A DNA stretch of 64,000 nt from Haplodiscus bocki (Eukaryota). Position numbers and translations under genes: made by a program. Numbering within the stretch: position 1 is the first letter of the stretch; each line of letters begins with the position of its first letter. Below are positions 12,800 through 25,770 of the stretch, in pieces. The notes under the pieces were generated by a model. The model made no database searches, was not told the origin of the DNA, and saw only the letters and a program-made list of their open reading frames with translations. The stretch is from NCBI GenBank assembly GCA_965655095.1, contig OZ296656.1:10540001-10604000 (forward strand), read 5' to 3'.

Positions 12800-13310
12800 T
12801 GTGCGATTTTCCCCGAGAAAAAGATTGTCCAGAAATAATTTATACAAAAACCAATTTTGTGATAACTAAGATTTATTCAAACTTTTAATGTAGATAGTGA
12901 AAAGTCCGATTGCACTGTACCTGGTGACTTCGTTGAAGTAAGCGCCTTACTGGTATTTCAAAAGTCGAAATGACCTTTTACCAAAATGGAGAACGCATGG
13001 ACGGGTTAAATGCAAATAACCTTAGCGGATCCCCAGATCTTCTGTTGTGATATGAAGGTGTTTTTCAAGATTTTCAAAGCTGTTGTAAATGAGTCATTAC
13101 TTTGCATCAATTTTATAATCATTCAAGTGAACGTTTTTGTTCTTCAGTAGATCTATATTAGATGTTATCACATGGCACCCGGCATTCACAGGAGATATTA
13201 CAATGCTCTAAGACATTACCTGTCCTCTTGTCAGGGCATCAATTCTATCGGGCTGACAAGTGTCTGTTCTAATCTAAGACAAAATTGATTCGGTATCAAA
13301 CTTTAACTTC
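12800..13310 (-). mobile_element. Highly decayed LINE-type reverse transcriptase fragment
   Basis: Minus frames give ..FTTA(F)..LGIR.G....RSFR....PGTVQS/GLFTIYIKSL, resembling the AFD...GI.G...R.F.V...GVPQGTVLGPLLFxIYINDL region of CR1/L2/Jockey-group RTs. Many stops and frameshifts. Confidence 0.4.
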
Positions 13311-13599
13311 ACTTTTTGGTTGACTGTATCGCATAGTATTGGTCATATGAATGACACTTCGGTGAACAATATGTAAAAGTTTACAAACAACCAGTTCTTC
13401 GTTAGGCAGGTATTTAACGTTTCGGTAAGCTTCTACTCAACTATGTAACACTAGGCTACAGCATTTTTCCTCTATCAACGCTGTTATTTCAGTAGGAAAC
13501 CTTGGAGTTACAGTTAGCATCGGATTCTTTTCGGATTTGCGGGTTTTTTTTCTTGATAGTCCTGACAATATCACAAACCAAATTATATAAGTTTTTTGA

Positions 13600-16500
13600 A
13601 GCATTTATTTTTCTCAAAACCATGGTACGCTACCCAATTATCCAATAGCTTACGTTTATACCGAGAAGACGTTCGTATATCAAAATTTTCTGACATGTTC
13701 TGCTCAACGTTATTGATTACTTTGGCCTCTTCGGTTTTTCCGGGTAAGAGTACTAATTTATCAGTAGAATAGTTGGTTTTGAGTTTTTTAATATCAACTC
13801 ACACCGGCTTCCCGTCAGCCTGATTATAGCATTCGAACTCATTTTCTTTATCCAAGTTATCTCCCTGACTTCCTGCGGCTTCGGTTCTCCGATTTTCAAA
13901 CTAAGGTATTTTCCGTCTAGTCAGTCCTCTGATATTCTGTTTGTTAGCTGTGGGTATTTTGTTTTTCTGTCGGCGGGACCACTGAAATCAATCCCGCTGT
14001 GAAATTTCATTTTTGATGGTGATTACGGTGGGTTCCGTACCTGCAATCGCAGCTTGTAGTTTTTGCGGAAGCTACTTTTTGTGGATTTTTGTTCTGTCTC
14101 AGTTCATTGAACTTATAGCTTCTCTTTAATAACCTCAGTGTATGGTTTTTGGGTGACTTCGTGTTTGAACAACACGCTTTCTTCTTTTCTGGCCTTGATT
14201 TATTCACCGACTTCATTTGGTATTCGTTTTGGGTAAAACAGTAGGGTTATCCGGTTCGATAATTAAGGTCTTCCATCTTCTAAATTACTTGAGAGTTAGT
14301 TTGTGTTTTTCCTACCGTGGTGTAGTTCAATTGCGGATTTACGTAGACCGGTAGGTACCATGCATCTCATCACCGTAGTGCTATGCTCACACATCCGCCT
14401 AATCCGATTTTGTGAGCTAGGTTCGCATAAATTGATTTTTTTGTCTATACTGCCCGCTCCGTTCAAGTATGTAGTCTTGTCTTATTGTATTCTATCTTAA
14501 ATTTCTTTTATTTTGCAATACCGTTTTTTCAGTGGTTGTAGAACCGCTGCCATGGTGGGTTTTGATTTTCTCCCGTCTCCGTGTAACTTTTCGAAACTGC
14601 TCGAGAATTTTTTTACTGCTGACAGGCTATCTGCTGCTTGATCTATCTGGATATGTTGATATTGTATTAGTATCGTAATCCCGACAATCCGAAAATGGAA
14701 AGTTGTGCGCTTTTACCGCCTCGCTTTCTTCTCTCAGAATTTGTTTCTTTTTGGTTTCTTTGTTCAGTTTTGATCGTTTTCTTCCTTTTCTTCGTTTCTT
14801 CTTTGCGTGTATCCGCATGCTCATTTGTTCGAGTCGTTGTTTCCAAAAAGGTAGCTCAACGTTTATTTTAGCAACATAAGATGGCTCTTTTGTCTGGTTT
14901 TCTGGGCACCCTTACTTTTCTTCCCACCTTCAACTCATAGTTCAACCACTTTTTTCTCGGTTTTGTTATCACCTCTCTCTTTTCCATTAAGAATCTACCT
15001 GGAAAAGAAGTTAGTCGAGCTGATTGATCAACTTCTTTCCGCCGGAATGTGATTATCTTGGCTGGTTTTACTTGCGTCCTGAGTTATTTTTTGCTCGACC
15101 TCTGGCGAAGTGTGGAAAGCTGGAACTTTTGGTGATCAGTTTTTTGATTTCAGCAGAGCCATTTTTTTTGCTGTCCCACATCCATTCCGTATTGTTTCTC
15201 AGGAGTTGTCTCAGTGTGTTTGTTTTCTCTTATAGTTTCGGTGGAACTTTTGCGATATAATCCATTGCGCCGGGGAATGTTTTCCATTCGTCTGTTGAAG
15301 TTGGTGGTTTTATTCCTAAGGTTGGTATATCCAATTTATCCGGATTTATCCCGTTTTCATCGAGTTCATTTCCCAAGGATTTTGTTTTTTTTTTTACAAG
15401 GGTTTCGAATTTATTTTTGCTAGCATTGCCTCCTGCTTCTTCCACTTTCTACAAAATTTTCTTTAGTCTTTGTATGTTTGAGTTTTTTGTTATTTTTCGT
15501 TATCCGAGCAAACTGGTGGTTCATATTCTAAGGTTCAATCTTTTTTTCCTGAAAAGTGGTGGGTATACCACTTCATAAGTGGACTCGTTTTTCCAATCTG
15601 CAATAAAAGTTTATATTTCCCCGAATGTCTTCAGAGTTTCAGCGTCGGCCTAATTCTTCGGATATTTTCAATTGTCCGTGTGCGTACTCTAAATTGAGTT
15701 GAGAGATTCATATTGGTTCTTTTGTCTTTTGATGTTGGGGGTTTTCATTGTAGATTTTCTCCATCTTCAGTATGTTTTGTTGCATGTTTACAAAGCTTTT
15801 TTGAAAATTCTCGTAAGCCGAATATAATTTCCACGAATTTTTTTTTCTTATGGTAATTACCACGGGAGATGCAAACAGTCCTCCTCGACATTTTGTACTT
15901 GATCCAGATCTCAGGGTTTTGTCTAAGTGTTTTTTGTACGTTTTTTGTAAGTGACATGAAATCGGTCTAGTTATTTGCTTCATCGGGAAATGAGTGAGTT
16001 TTAGTTGATTTTCAATTTCAAGTTCTTTAAGTACTTTAATCATCTTGAAATATTTTACAAATTGGTCGGTTATGGTTCTCTCTTCTGATTCGACAACATT
16101 CGTTGTGATAATTTTTTTCATCAAATAAATATCTTCCAGCCAGTCCATACTGATGAGCGGCTTCACTTTTTCGCTCGGTAATTATTATCGGAGATAATTT
16201 TCTCTGAGGTTTTTTCCGCAAATTTTCATCCTTCCGATGAAGTTCACTTCTTTTCAGTTCATATGCTGATAATTGGTTGTGATTTTCTGTATTTGTTTTG
16301 TCACGATTTTCTCGTTCGTTGGTTTGATGGTCGCCAGTTATTCCGTATTGATATGAAATTTTGTTTCGTAACTGTCGACCTTTGGTTTCAAAATAAGGGC
16401 GTTTCCATTTTCCTCAACCCCATTGGTTTGTCTAATCAAGTTTATTGATTGTTCGAATCGCTTGCTGCCGAGGAATGGTTTTCATCCAGCTAGGTAGTTT

Positions 16501-16990
16501 GTTGTTTTTCTGTTTGCTAGAGAAATGCTTCTGCGAAATTCTCGTTTCACAGTTCTGGCATGTTGCTTCTCTTTGCCGGCTTTTGTGGTTTGGATTCCAA
16601 TTCGGTACATTGCAAAATCTATATTTTCGGTTTTTGTTTCCCTCTCTTGCGGTTTTATACTGTAGCTGTTTTTCTGGGAAGTTCTTTGTGCTCGTTCTTC
16701 TTGGATTTTTATTTTATGGTTTGTATTATTTGGCCGGGAATTTCTTTTTTTTTGCAGTCGTATGTGATTTGCTGAATATGCTTTAAAGCTTTTAGTTTGT
16801 CTTTCGTGAGCTTGACCCGTATCTTTCTGTCGGTTTTTGATGCTTTGTTTTTTGTGATTAATAACTCTGCTCTGAGGTTTGGAAATTCGGTTTCTCTCTC
16901 TAAAGCTAGTGTTTTCCCTCTGATGTTCCAGTGTCTGCGTATCCGTTTGTTTTCATCAGTTTGTAGCGTCGCTTTCTGGAAATGAATCTA
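13600..16990 (-). mobile_element. Decayed Ty3/Gypsy LTR retrotransposon gag-pol remnant
   Basis: 15708-16166: PLISMDWL...MKQITRPISCHLQK...FASPVVITIRKK (protease end and RT N-terminus). 15230-15445: LGNELDENGINPDK...KTFPGAMDYIAKVPPKL, matching the RT thumb GHxIDxxGIxP...SFLGAIQYxAKFLPKL. Many stops; no LTR pair seen; outer limits approximate. Confidence 0.8.
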
Positions 16991-17049
16991 TTTTTATTCA
17001 CCTTTTCGTCATCATGCAGTCGCAAAAACATCTTACCACTGTAAAACAT

Positions 17050-19471
17050 TACTTTTTTTTCCGTTACACCCAAAGTCTGTCTGAAAATGCGGTGTGTTGA
17101 TATTTCGTCTCAGAAAGTTTATTCTACACATTGGGCGTCCACTAAACAAGAATGTACAATATCTTAAGGTACCAGCAATCCCAAAGCCGTATTGGGAAAC
17201 AATTGATCCGCACCCTCATTTTGTATAAAATGAAACTTCCGTCAGAAAACGCCATGCTTTGGCAAAAGCCTAACCGAAAAAGTGTTTCTAGTCGTCCGAA
17301 CTAAACTAAATATTTTTTGTAGTCTAGCAAGAGGCCAAAAAGTAAATTGGAAGCATTGAAAGGATACTCTTGATTTACGACAAATACAAATGTGTCTGAA
17401 ATTGCTTTTGTTTGCAAATTTATATCGAAAGATCGTTCTAGAGCTCGGGCTTTTACGTGAACAATTGACCCACAAGTCTGAATGGGCCCAAAAACCATAA
17501 TGGAAAATAATTTAGCTCAACTCCAAGAAGTCGGAAAATCAAAGTCCTGAAAATCGTGCGTTTTTTGAAATCATTTCAAGAACGCGATTTAGTTCGAATC
17601 AATCGTTTATTTTACAAGTCGGGGTGATCTCAAAACCATGTTATGAATCACTAACGATAGTCTCATGCTACCTTAAATGCAAAGTCCTTCCCAAATTGCC
17701 GCACCCCACGCATTTTGAAGGAAAATTGGTTACAGTCCTGCTAGCGCAACTAATGATTTCAGGTAATTTTTTAGGCCAGTCGGAAACCACGTTGGGCAAG
17801 CAATTGGACGTGAACTGAGCATATCAACTTAAGACACAAGGTTTCTTTAAAAAATGCAAATCCATGAAATTGATATGAAAATTTCGAACTCAAATATCTA
17901 TTTCTAATTGAAATAAGGTACTGCCTTATCGATTGAGCCCGAAATGTACAGTGACAACAGTCCAAGGTTTGTTTCACGTCAGCTGAAAGCTGGATTTTCT
18001 GCAAAATCCATTCTGTTTCAAAGTCACATCAAAAATTGTTTCAGGTTTTTGAACTGTAATAACCTTTAATGTTCAGCAGCCCATCAATCTGTTCCAAAAC
18101 AGTGAAAGGTTCACTGATAAGGTTCACTGCAAGTCATTCATGAAGTGCCTTTGTTTTTTTAAACGACATCAAAAACGGTGGCTGTATACAACCGTTATCA
18201 ACTGTAAATTTGATGTGAAAAACAGTGCGAGTTCGAAAACAAAACGTCAAACAACGAAATGATTTTTTTACCTAGCCAACTTTCGTTCAGACATCTTTTC
18301 CCGAAAAAGTTTACCATCTTCGAAAAATAAAATTTAGGAAGTGATGTTTGAATCTAAGAATCGAAGAGCAGAAATCCCATCCAAATCTACTCTACTTTTT
18401 GCAAAAACTTGAGCTTCTCGGCCCAGTTTCATTCTATTGACGACAGTGTGTTCAGGACGAACTATCATAAAAGTGGGAAGAGGCCTAGAAAACGTTTTTC
18501 AAACAGCTCCAAAACGAAAAAGAGACATGAACGAGTTTTTTTCTACGAGGCAATGTTTTTCAGCGGTTAGGAAGAATCAATGTCCAAAAAGCGGTTTCCT
18601 GGAAATTTAGCTTTTACATTCCCAACACATTACGAGTGTAAAAATTAGGTGCGTGGAAACAAAATTGCATACTGCTGCTATAGAAGCAAACTTCTGTTTT
18701 AATTTGATCAGCGGGAAATTTGACGAAGCTGAATTGTGTGAAACTGACAAAAAACGTCCACTTGAACTGTGTGAATACAAGAAACAGCGCTGTTCGAACT
18801 TCTGAATGTTCGCCCGCTTTGTTTGAAAATTTATATCGAACCAATCAAATTTCTAATAAAATAAGGGATCCACCAGCTTAAGTTCAAAATTTGAAACTGT
18901 TGATGCGTTGAAATTAAACACTTGAACAAAATTTTCTAGCTGTCGAAAGCAATCATTGTCCAAACAGTGGTTTTCTTGAAAATTAGCCCTACCATTCCCA
19001 ACGCTATTCCAATGTGAAAATTAAGTGCTTCAAAACAGTATTGATTACTGTTGCCACAGAAGCAAGCTGTTGTTTCATTTCGATCTTTGGATTTTTCGAT
19101 GAAAATCAAATGTGTGATGCTAACAACGTTCACTTGATCTGTGAGAATACAAGAAACAGCTTTGTTTGGATTTCCGAAACTTTGCCCATACTGTTTGAAT
19201 TGTCAAATCAGGATAATCAATTATTCAATTTGAATAATTGATCGACAATTGTCAGTTCAGAACCTGAAACTGTTGATGCGTTGAAACAAAATACTGAAAA
19301 AGCTTTGGAAGAGTTTTTGTCAGCTATTTAGTTCTAAGAATTTATTGTGTTTGTTGGCCTTTTTCTACATTCACCTCTAATCTTTCACATCGAAGCTCAT
19401 CAAAAAAAGAGCAGACTTGAATTTTTTGGTTCTGAATGGCGATTTAAGGAATGAAAATTAAGAGACACTTG
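17050..19471. repeat. Outer palindrome X, left arm part A
   Basis: Reverse complement of ~36790-39330 at roughly 85-90% identity, e.g. caatcccaaagccgtattgggaaacaattgatccgcaccctca (17176) vs tgagggtgcggatcaattgtttcccaatacggctttgggattg (39164). Mirrored ORFs 18614- / 37417+, 19014+ / 37025- and 17301- / 38887+. Confidence 0.92.
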
Positions 19472-19589
19472 AGTAGTAGAGTAGTGGGCAGAGCTGACGG
19501 GGGTAGTTGAAGACCCTATGTATTAAGGTAGGCCATAGCGAGCCGAGTCGATCCGAGAGCCGAGAAGGGTCTTCAACCGTAGCCGAGAG

Positions 19590-19782
19590 CTCTCGGGTGA
19601 CGTAATACTCGATTCTGATGGGCTGACGACTCGTGTTACGTATTACTCGAATTTGATTGACTGCCGAGTAATGTAATACTCGATTCTGATTGGCTGACGA
19701 CTCGGGTGACGTAACACTCGATTCTGAATAGCTGACGAAGTTGAGGGGCCTTTTCGTGCTCGATTTTGATTGGCTGACGACT
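19590..19782. repeat. Subterminal ~38-bp repeats containing CCAAT and CRE/ATF-like motifs (mirror copy at 33298-33490)
   Basis: 4-5 units of ctcgggTGACGTAAtactcgattctgATTGGctgacga. Confidence 0.8.
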
Positions 19783-19811
19783 CGAACTGCCGAAATCCGA
19801 GTGTATTCGGC

Positions 19812-21185
19812 TCAATGTATTAAGATGGGGTATAGATCGGCAATGTATTAATATAGGGTGTAATTCGGCTCAATGTATTCACATAGGGAATAGTTCGGCT
19901 CAATGTATTTAGATAGGGTATAGATCGGCAATTTATTAAGATAGGGTGTAATTCGGCTCAGTGTATTAAGATAGGCTATAGTTCGGCTCAAGGTCTTAAG
20001 ATAGGGTATACTTCGTCAATGTATTAAGATAGGGTATAGTTCGGCTCAATGTATTAGGATAGGGTATAGTTGGGCAATGTATTAAGCTGGCAATGCATGT
20101 ATTTAAGATATGGAGCCGAAAGCGGACTCAATGTATTAAGATAGGCAATTCATGTATTAAGATATGGAGCCGACTCAATGTATTAAGATAGGAAATGCAT
20201 GGTGTCGAAAGCCGAATCAATGTATTAAACTAGGTAATGCATGTATCAAGATGGGGATGCATGTATTAAGATAGGCAATAGCATTTTGTAATGTATAAGC
20301 ATAAGCTAGGGCTCGCCTCAATGCTTAAATATATGGAATGACTCATTTTCGGCACTGTGAGACTTTTTCGAGAAATTTTTTTTGAACTTTTTTTCCAGGG
20401 GCCTGCGCGTATAATTATGACGGCACACACTAATTATGACGCCTGAAGTTGATTTTTGTGCCCGCGGATAGTGTTTTGACTTAATGCAATGTGAAAGTGC
20501 ACTTCGGCAGTGTATTAAGATAGGTATATTTTAGTATTGTTTTAAGATGGGGTTTAGTTCGTTAATGTATTAAGATTGGTTATATTTCGGTAACGTATTA
20601 AGATAGGCTATAGTTCGGTAAGGTATCGGGATAGGGTATAGTTCGGATCCATGTATTAAGATAGGGTATAGTTCTGTAATGTATTAAGATTGGTTTTTGT
20701 TCGGTAATGTTTTGAGATAGGGTATAGTTCGGTAATGTATTGAGATAGGGTATAGTTCGGTAATGTATTAAGGTTGAGTAAAGTTCGGGTCAATGTTTTG
20801 AGCAGGGGATAGTTCGGTAATGTATTAAGATTATATACAGTTCGGTAATGTAACAAGATAGGGTATAGTTCGGTAATGTTTTAAGATAGAGTATAGTTCG
20901 GTAATGTATTAAGATAGGGTGTAATTCGGTTCAATGTATTAAGATAGGGTATAGTTCGCTAATGTATTAGGATTGTTTTACACTTCGGTAATGTAATATG
21001 ATAGGGTATAATTCTGTAATGTATTAAGATAGGGTTTATTTCGTCAATGTTTTAAGATAGGGTATAGTTCGGTAATGTATTATGATAGGGTACATTTCGA
21101 CTCAATATTTTAAGATAGGGTATAGTTCGGTAATGTATTAAGATAGGGTATAGTTCGGTAACGTATTAAAATAGGTTATAGCTCG
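19812..21185. repeat. Subterminal 28/30-bp tandem arrays (aatgtattaagatagggtatagttcgg[t/ctc]), left arm: ~19812-20280 and ~20505-21185
   Basis: Dozens of adjacent diverged units with no unique spacers. Confidence 0.95.
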
Positions 21186-24100
21186 GTGACGCCTGCGGAA
21201 CAGTAATTTCGCAGGAAAATCTCAAACAAACGTAAAGATTATAGCAACTTGACTGAGGCAACGGAAATAGAAAAATGGCGAAGAGACTGTAGCCTGTGTT
21301 GTCTATTACAAAAAACCCTATATGGAAAGACAATAAAAGGAAAGACCACCCATGAAAGGAAAGACTAACCATAAAACGAAAAACCGCACGCGCTGTCAAT
21401 CACTCTCTGTTGCGCCCGCGGACACTGTTTTGACCTAATTCTATGTGGAAAGGTTGATTTTATTTTCCAAAATGTTAGTTAGCGAGAGCAAATGCAAACA
21501 AAAGCATTGGATATCCTGCACATTTACATTGATGCAGACTACAAAACGGATGATTTTTCACGCTTACGCCTGTATTGTGCGCCTGCAGGTACTCATTTGC
21601 TATGTCAACACATGTTTGCAACATATTATTAGGAGATTTTGCTAAAAAATTGCGGGTTTGACTGTTGTTTCTTATCCGCGCAAGGTATTGAGAGACAAGC
21701 AAGGACGTCTGTTCATGTAGAAACGTGGGTTTTTACTCCGTTCAATGTAAAATGACGGAGTTTTATAGATAAAGTTTTGTACTGCAACAATTTACGTTCA
21801 ATTAATGTCGCATTTTTTGAACTAGAAAAAGCAATGTACACCGTCGCAACTCCTGTTCCGGTGTTGACTATCATCACTCCTGGTCGTTATACTCACAGTA
21901 AACAATCAGAGATTTTTCATGCTAAATTTAACTTGAAGGTGAATTGTGAGAAAAAATGCGCTACAGCAAGACTTTAAAGCTGTACTTTTGCGTCGAAGAG
22001 TCGCTCAGCTAACAAAAAATGGTTTGAACGCACAGCAACAGAGTCTGCATGACTGTAAGATACCACAACAAATTTGTGAAAGTTGATAAATAACCTGTGT
22101 TTTGAGGCTTTCTTTGGGTTTGTCTACACAAATCATGGAGTTTGAGTACAAGCAAGCATACAAAATGATTGAAACAGGAGTCTTAATTTGAAAATCACAG
22201 ATTATGATGCCATATCAACCTTTTTTGTTTTACTTTGGTAGCAATATGCTTAAAACTGAATGATGAACTCATGTGTCTTACGACTCAATGTCAAAAAATG
22301 CCGAGTGTAAATGCAAGAAGGTGGGCAAAAAGTTGAGGAGACCGGCTCTACACGCTTTCATAATACATTGTGGATCAAAATCGACTTGGATCGCACCACC
22401 TAATACATTGACGGACTCATACATTCGGTTTTTGTTGAAAACTCAATTTTTATCTCAATTTTATGACTCAGACGCCCAAATCCAAACCATATTTTATTAC
22501 TTTACCGAAGTATACCGTCTTAATACATTCGTCGGTAGTCTAGGCTATCTTATTACTTTGCTGAAGTACACCCTGCTTTAATACATTGTTGAACTAAACA
22601 CCAACGAAATCACATTGCTGAGCTATTGCCTATCCTAACACCTTGTTGAGGTACATCCGATCTTATTACATTGCTAAGCAATTCCCAATTTCAAAACATT
22701 GCTGATCTTTACCCAATCCTAACCCATTGTTGGGGATATAGCCAACATTAATACATTGCTGAGCTATAACCTGTTTTAGTACATTGTCGAACTATAATCG
22801 ATCTTAGTGTACTGCTGTCAGCTTTCGCGAAACGTTGTCAACAGCCAATCAGAATCGAGTATTACCTCACCCAATAGCACAATCAAAAATCAACCTAACT
22901 ATATTACAAACAGGCAACCTAATACCTACATGTATGTATTTGGACACAAATTTAAAATCATTGCCATCAAGGGAAGTCCTGTAGACCAATCATCATGCAA
23001 TAGTTTTAGCGAGCTGATTGACGAGTATCAAGTATAAAAAACAGTTCCGTAAGTGGTTGGAAGCGAGAACCGATCAACATACAGCGAGAAAAGCGTGGAG
23101 TGACTACATCGTTATTTGTTTTTTAAATAAATTTAACTTGACCTAGGACAGGAAGCTGCTTCCATATATAGATATTAACCCGACCTACTTGAATTACAGA
23201 GGTAAAGAGTAGTACATTATGTGTCTTACCGGGCATAGTTGTAGAGTCCGGGCACTCAATAGAAGCTACAAAGATTAATGGGTAGATAAAAAGATAACTA
23301 GGGTGAAAATTGCATGAAGGGTGCTCTGTAACTTGTTTTTTGCAGGAGAGTAATTTCCGGCTTTCCAGAGTGGTTAATTGTTCAAAACCACCTGAATGTT
23401 GTAAGCGAAAAGTGCAGTCATGTTTCACCGGTCAATTGAGAAAACTAAAGAAGGAAACCTAGCTAGGTCTGGGAAGTTGTTGAGAAATTGGGACATTGAG
23501 TAAAATGAAGCGTCCCAGTTGAACATCTCGTATACCGTCAGAAAATGCTTCTTCTAGTTTGTGTTCCACAATTTATTCAAGTGATTTTTTTCGTTGCGTT
23601 TGACGGAAGATATTTGAGTAATAGTCGTATAAGAGAAGTTTCTGAAATCGACGTAAAAATTGTAGCAACTTGACTAAAGCAATGAAAAAGAAATAATGGG
23701 GAAAATATGTAGCAGGTGTTACTCATTACTTTATATCAGATATGGATTGTCCAAAAAAGGAAAGACCAACCATGAGAAGAGCTGTCAATCATTTTCTTTC
23801 ATTTTAAAAACGGACTATTTACATTTAAAAACTGGCTAAAAAGATGAAAGTGCTTGTCTATGAAACAACTCAAGTGGAACAAGTTCCCCTTGTATGGTGA
23901 CAGACTGTCTGGGAAAATTATTCACCGGATTAACATCGCATACAGAGTGTCTGAGAAAATGACTTAAGAGGAACAAAGTCCCCTGATAAGGCGACAGGTT
24001 GTCTGGAGAAATTACTCTGAACAAATGACTGAAAAACAAAATAGTGTTAAAACTTGCACCAAGTCTCCAAATAAGGAATCACCTTCCATGTATGGAAATC

Positions 24101-24349
24101 GTTGTAGCTTTGACCAAAAAAAAGGTTGTCCATATAAAGCAGGTATGAATCGGTTAAAATCAAATAAAAGCAGCTACTTGCCACTCTGCAAAATCATTTT
24201 CTGAATATCGTTTCCAACAACAGCAACTCGCTTTTCCAGCGACGAACGTACCCAAACAGTGGTGAAATTTCTCATCAATACCTGCTTATGATCAGAATTC
24301 AGTGCTCGAATTTGTCGAAATTGAATAACTGTTCCCTTTACAAGAAGTG

Positions 24350-25024
24350 ATGTGCAGCTACAATAAAACCCAAGTCTCTCCTTATGATCCTACAAAGCTT
24401 GCAATTCATTCTATTTGGCGTGCAGAAGATGATCTTATATCAAATTGTGGCCAGATTTTAAAAAAGACTGTTTCTTTCGATGACAATGTGCGCTTCATTA
24501 ATGAGGAGGACATCGTAACCTATGGAGATTTTGATTGTGGTTTTACTTTCAACCCTGAAACTCCTACGAAAATCAGAGAGACCAACCGAGAACGGAATTA
24601 CATTTCCAGATCCTCTTAAAAATCCAACTGCATTCCCAGTAACGATCGGCATAACTGTTTTATTGATGAGCAGCAGGACTCTAATATCTTTCTGAACCCG
24701 TACAATTTATGGGACATGGTTCCAGCAGCTCTTATGTCATTCAATCTTACTAATGATAGATACTCTATGTCCAATCAGTAGCCTCAACCAATAACTCACC
24801 AACCTAGAACAGACTCATATCCGGTGTTCTCTTCATTGCGAAGGATGGACAGTCAAAAGAAGGGATTGCGCGTCAGCTTTGCATTCTTTCAACGAAAATA
24901 CCTACCAGACGGACGAGTGAACGAAACTGTTAATACGATTGAAGAGTTGAGTGATATCTGGAAACGCGGAGCGAGGGATGGAGTTTCGCCGTTTGTGATG
25001 AACTGTAATTGTATTTAAGTGTAG
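24350..25024 (+). pseudogene. Disrupted copy of a 224-aa ORF of unknown function (left arm of Y)
   Basis: ATG at 24350; in-frame stops at 24617, 24779 and 25016; terminal TAG at 25022. The mirror copy has sense codons at all three positions. Confidence 0.65.
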
Positions 25025-25770
25025 CCATTTGTTTCACTTGTTTGATTTCTATTGTTTGCTTGTGGAATATTTTTTTTTCAAAAAATTACTTTTTTTTGTT
25101 CCCTTTGATGACTTTGAGTGAGAAGTAAAACTTCATCGATAACTTCTATGTAAGGTAACATTCCCTTAGGCAGCCGAAGCCGCAACCCATCTTAGTACAT
25201 TGCAGAAGTTCACCCTAGCGTAATACATAGATGCACACCCTCCTCGCCCACCACTCTCTATAACCTACTTCAATACTTGATCAGTTCGGTTCTCTGCCTG
25301 ATCATAGGACATCACGTCATCATAAATGAGTCACTGAAATCAGACTACTTTTCTCTGTACGTTGCAAACCTCATAGTCGCTAGTTGAACCTTGTTAAATA
25401 GCATTCCTTATCTACGTAAATCGATGAACCAACTCGGATCGGATTGGCTGTCTTAATACGTCTTGTTACGTTGATCACAGTTGGGGTACACAAAGCCTAT
25501 CCTAACAGAATAACTTGACTGATTGAACCCAAACCATACATCAAAACAGTACCGAAACATGCCCTCTTTTGATGAAGGAAAATTTGGCAAACTGCAGAAG
25601 AAGTACACTCAAAATCTGACACGTTGTCAAATTTTGAACTCAAAATCTGACGCGTTGTATTTTTTTAAATTCAAAATCTGACGCGTTGTATCTTTTTCAA
25701 TTCAAAATCATGCTTTTTAAAAAAGCAGGAAAAATGCAAAATATGTCGTTGTCACGAAGTAAAAAGAACC

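Noticed and set aside
19812-21185. 28-30-bp repeats (and the 25-, 31- and 38-bp repeats) as CRISPR arrays
   Set aside because: Units are head-to-tail with no unique spacers, there are no cas genes, and the context is eukaryotic.
23123-23428. 101-aa ORF conserved identically at 29711-30016
   Set aside because: The identity only reflects near-identical arms; GTG start and no recognisable motif.
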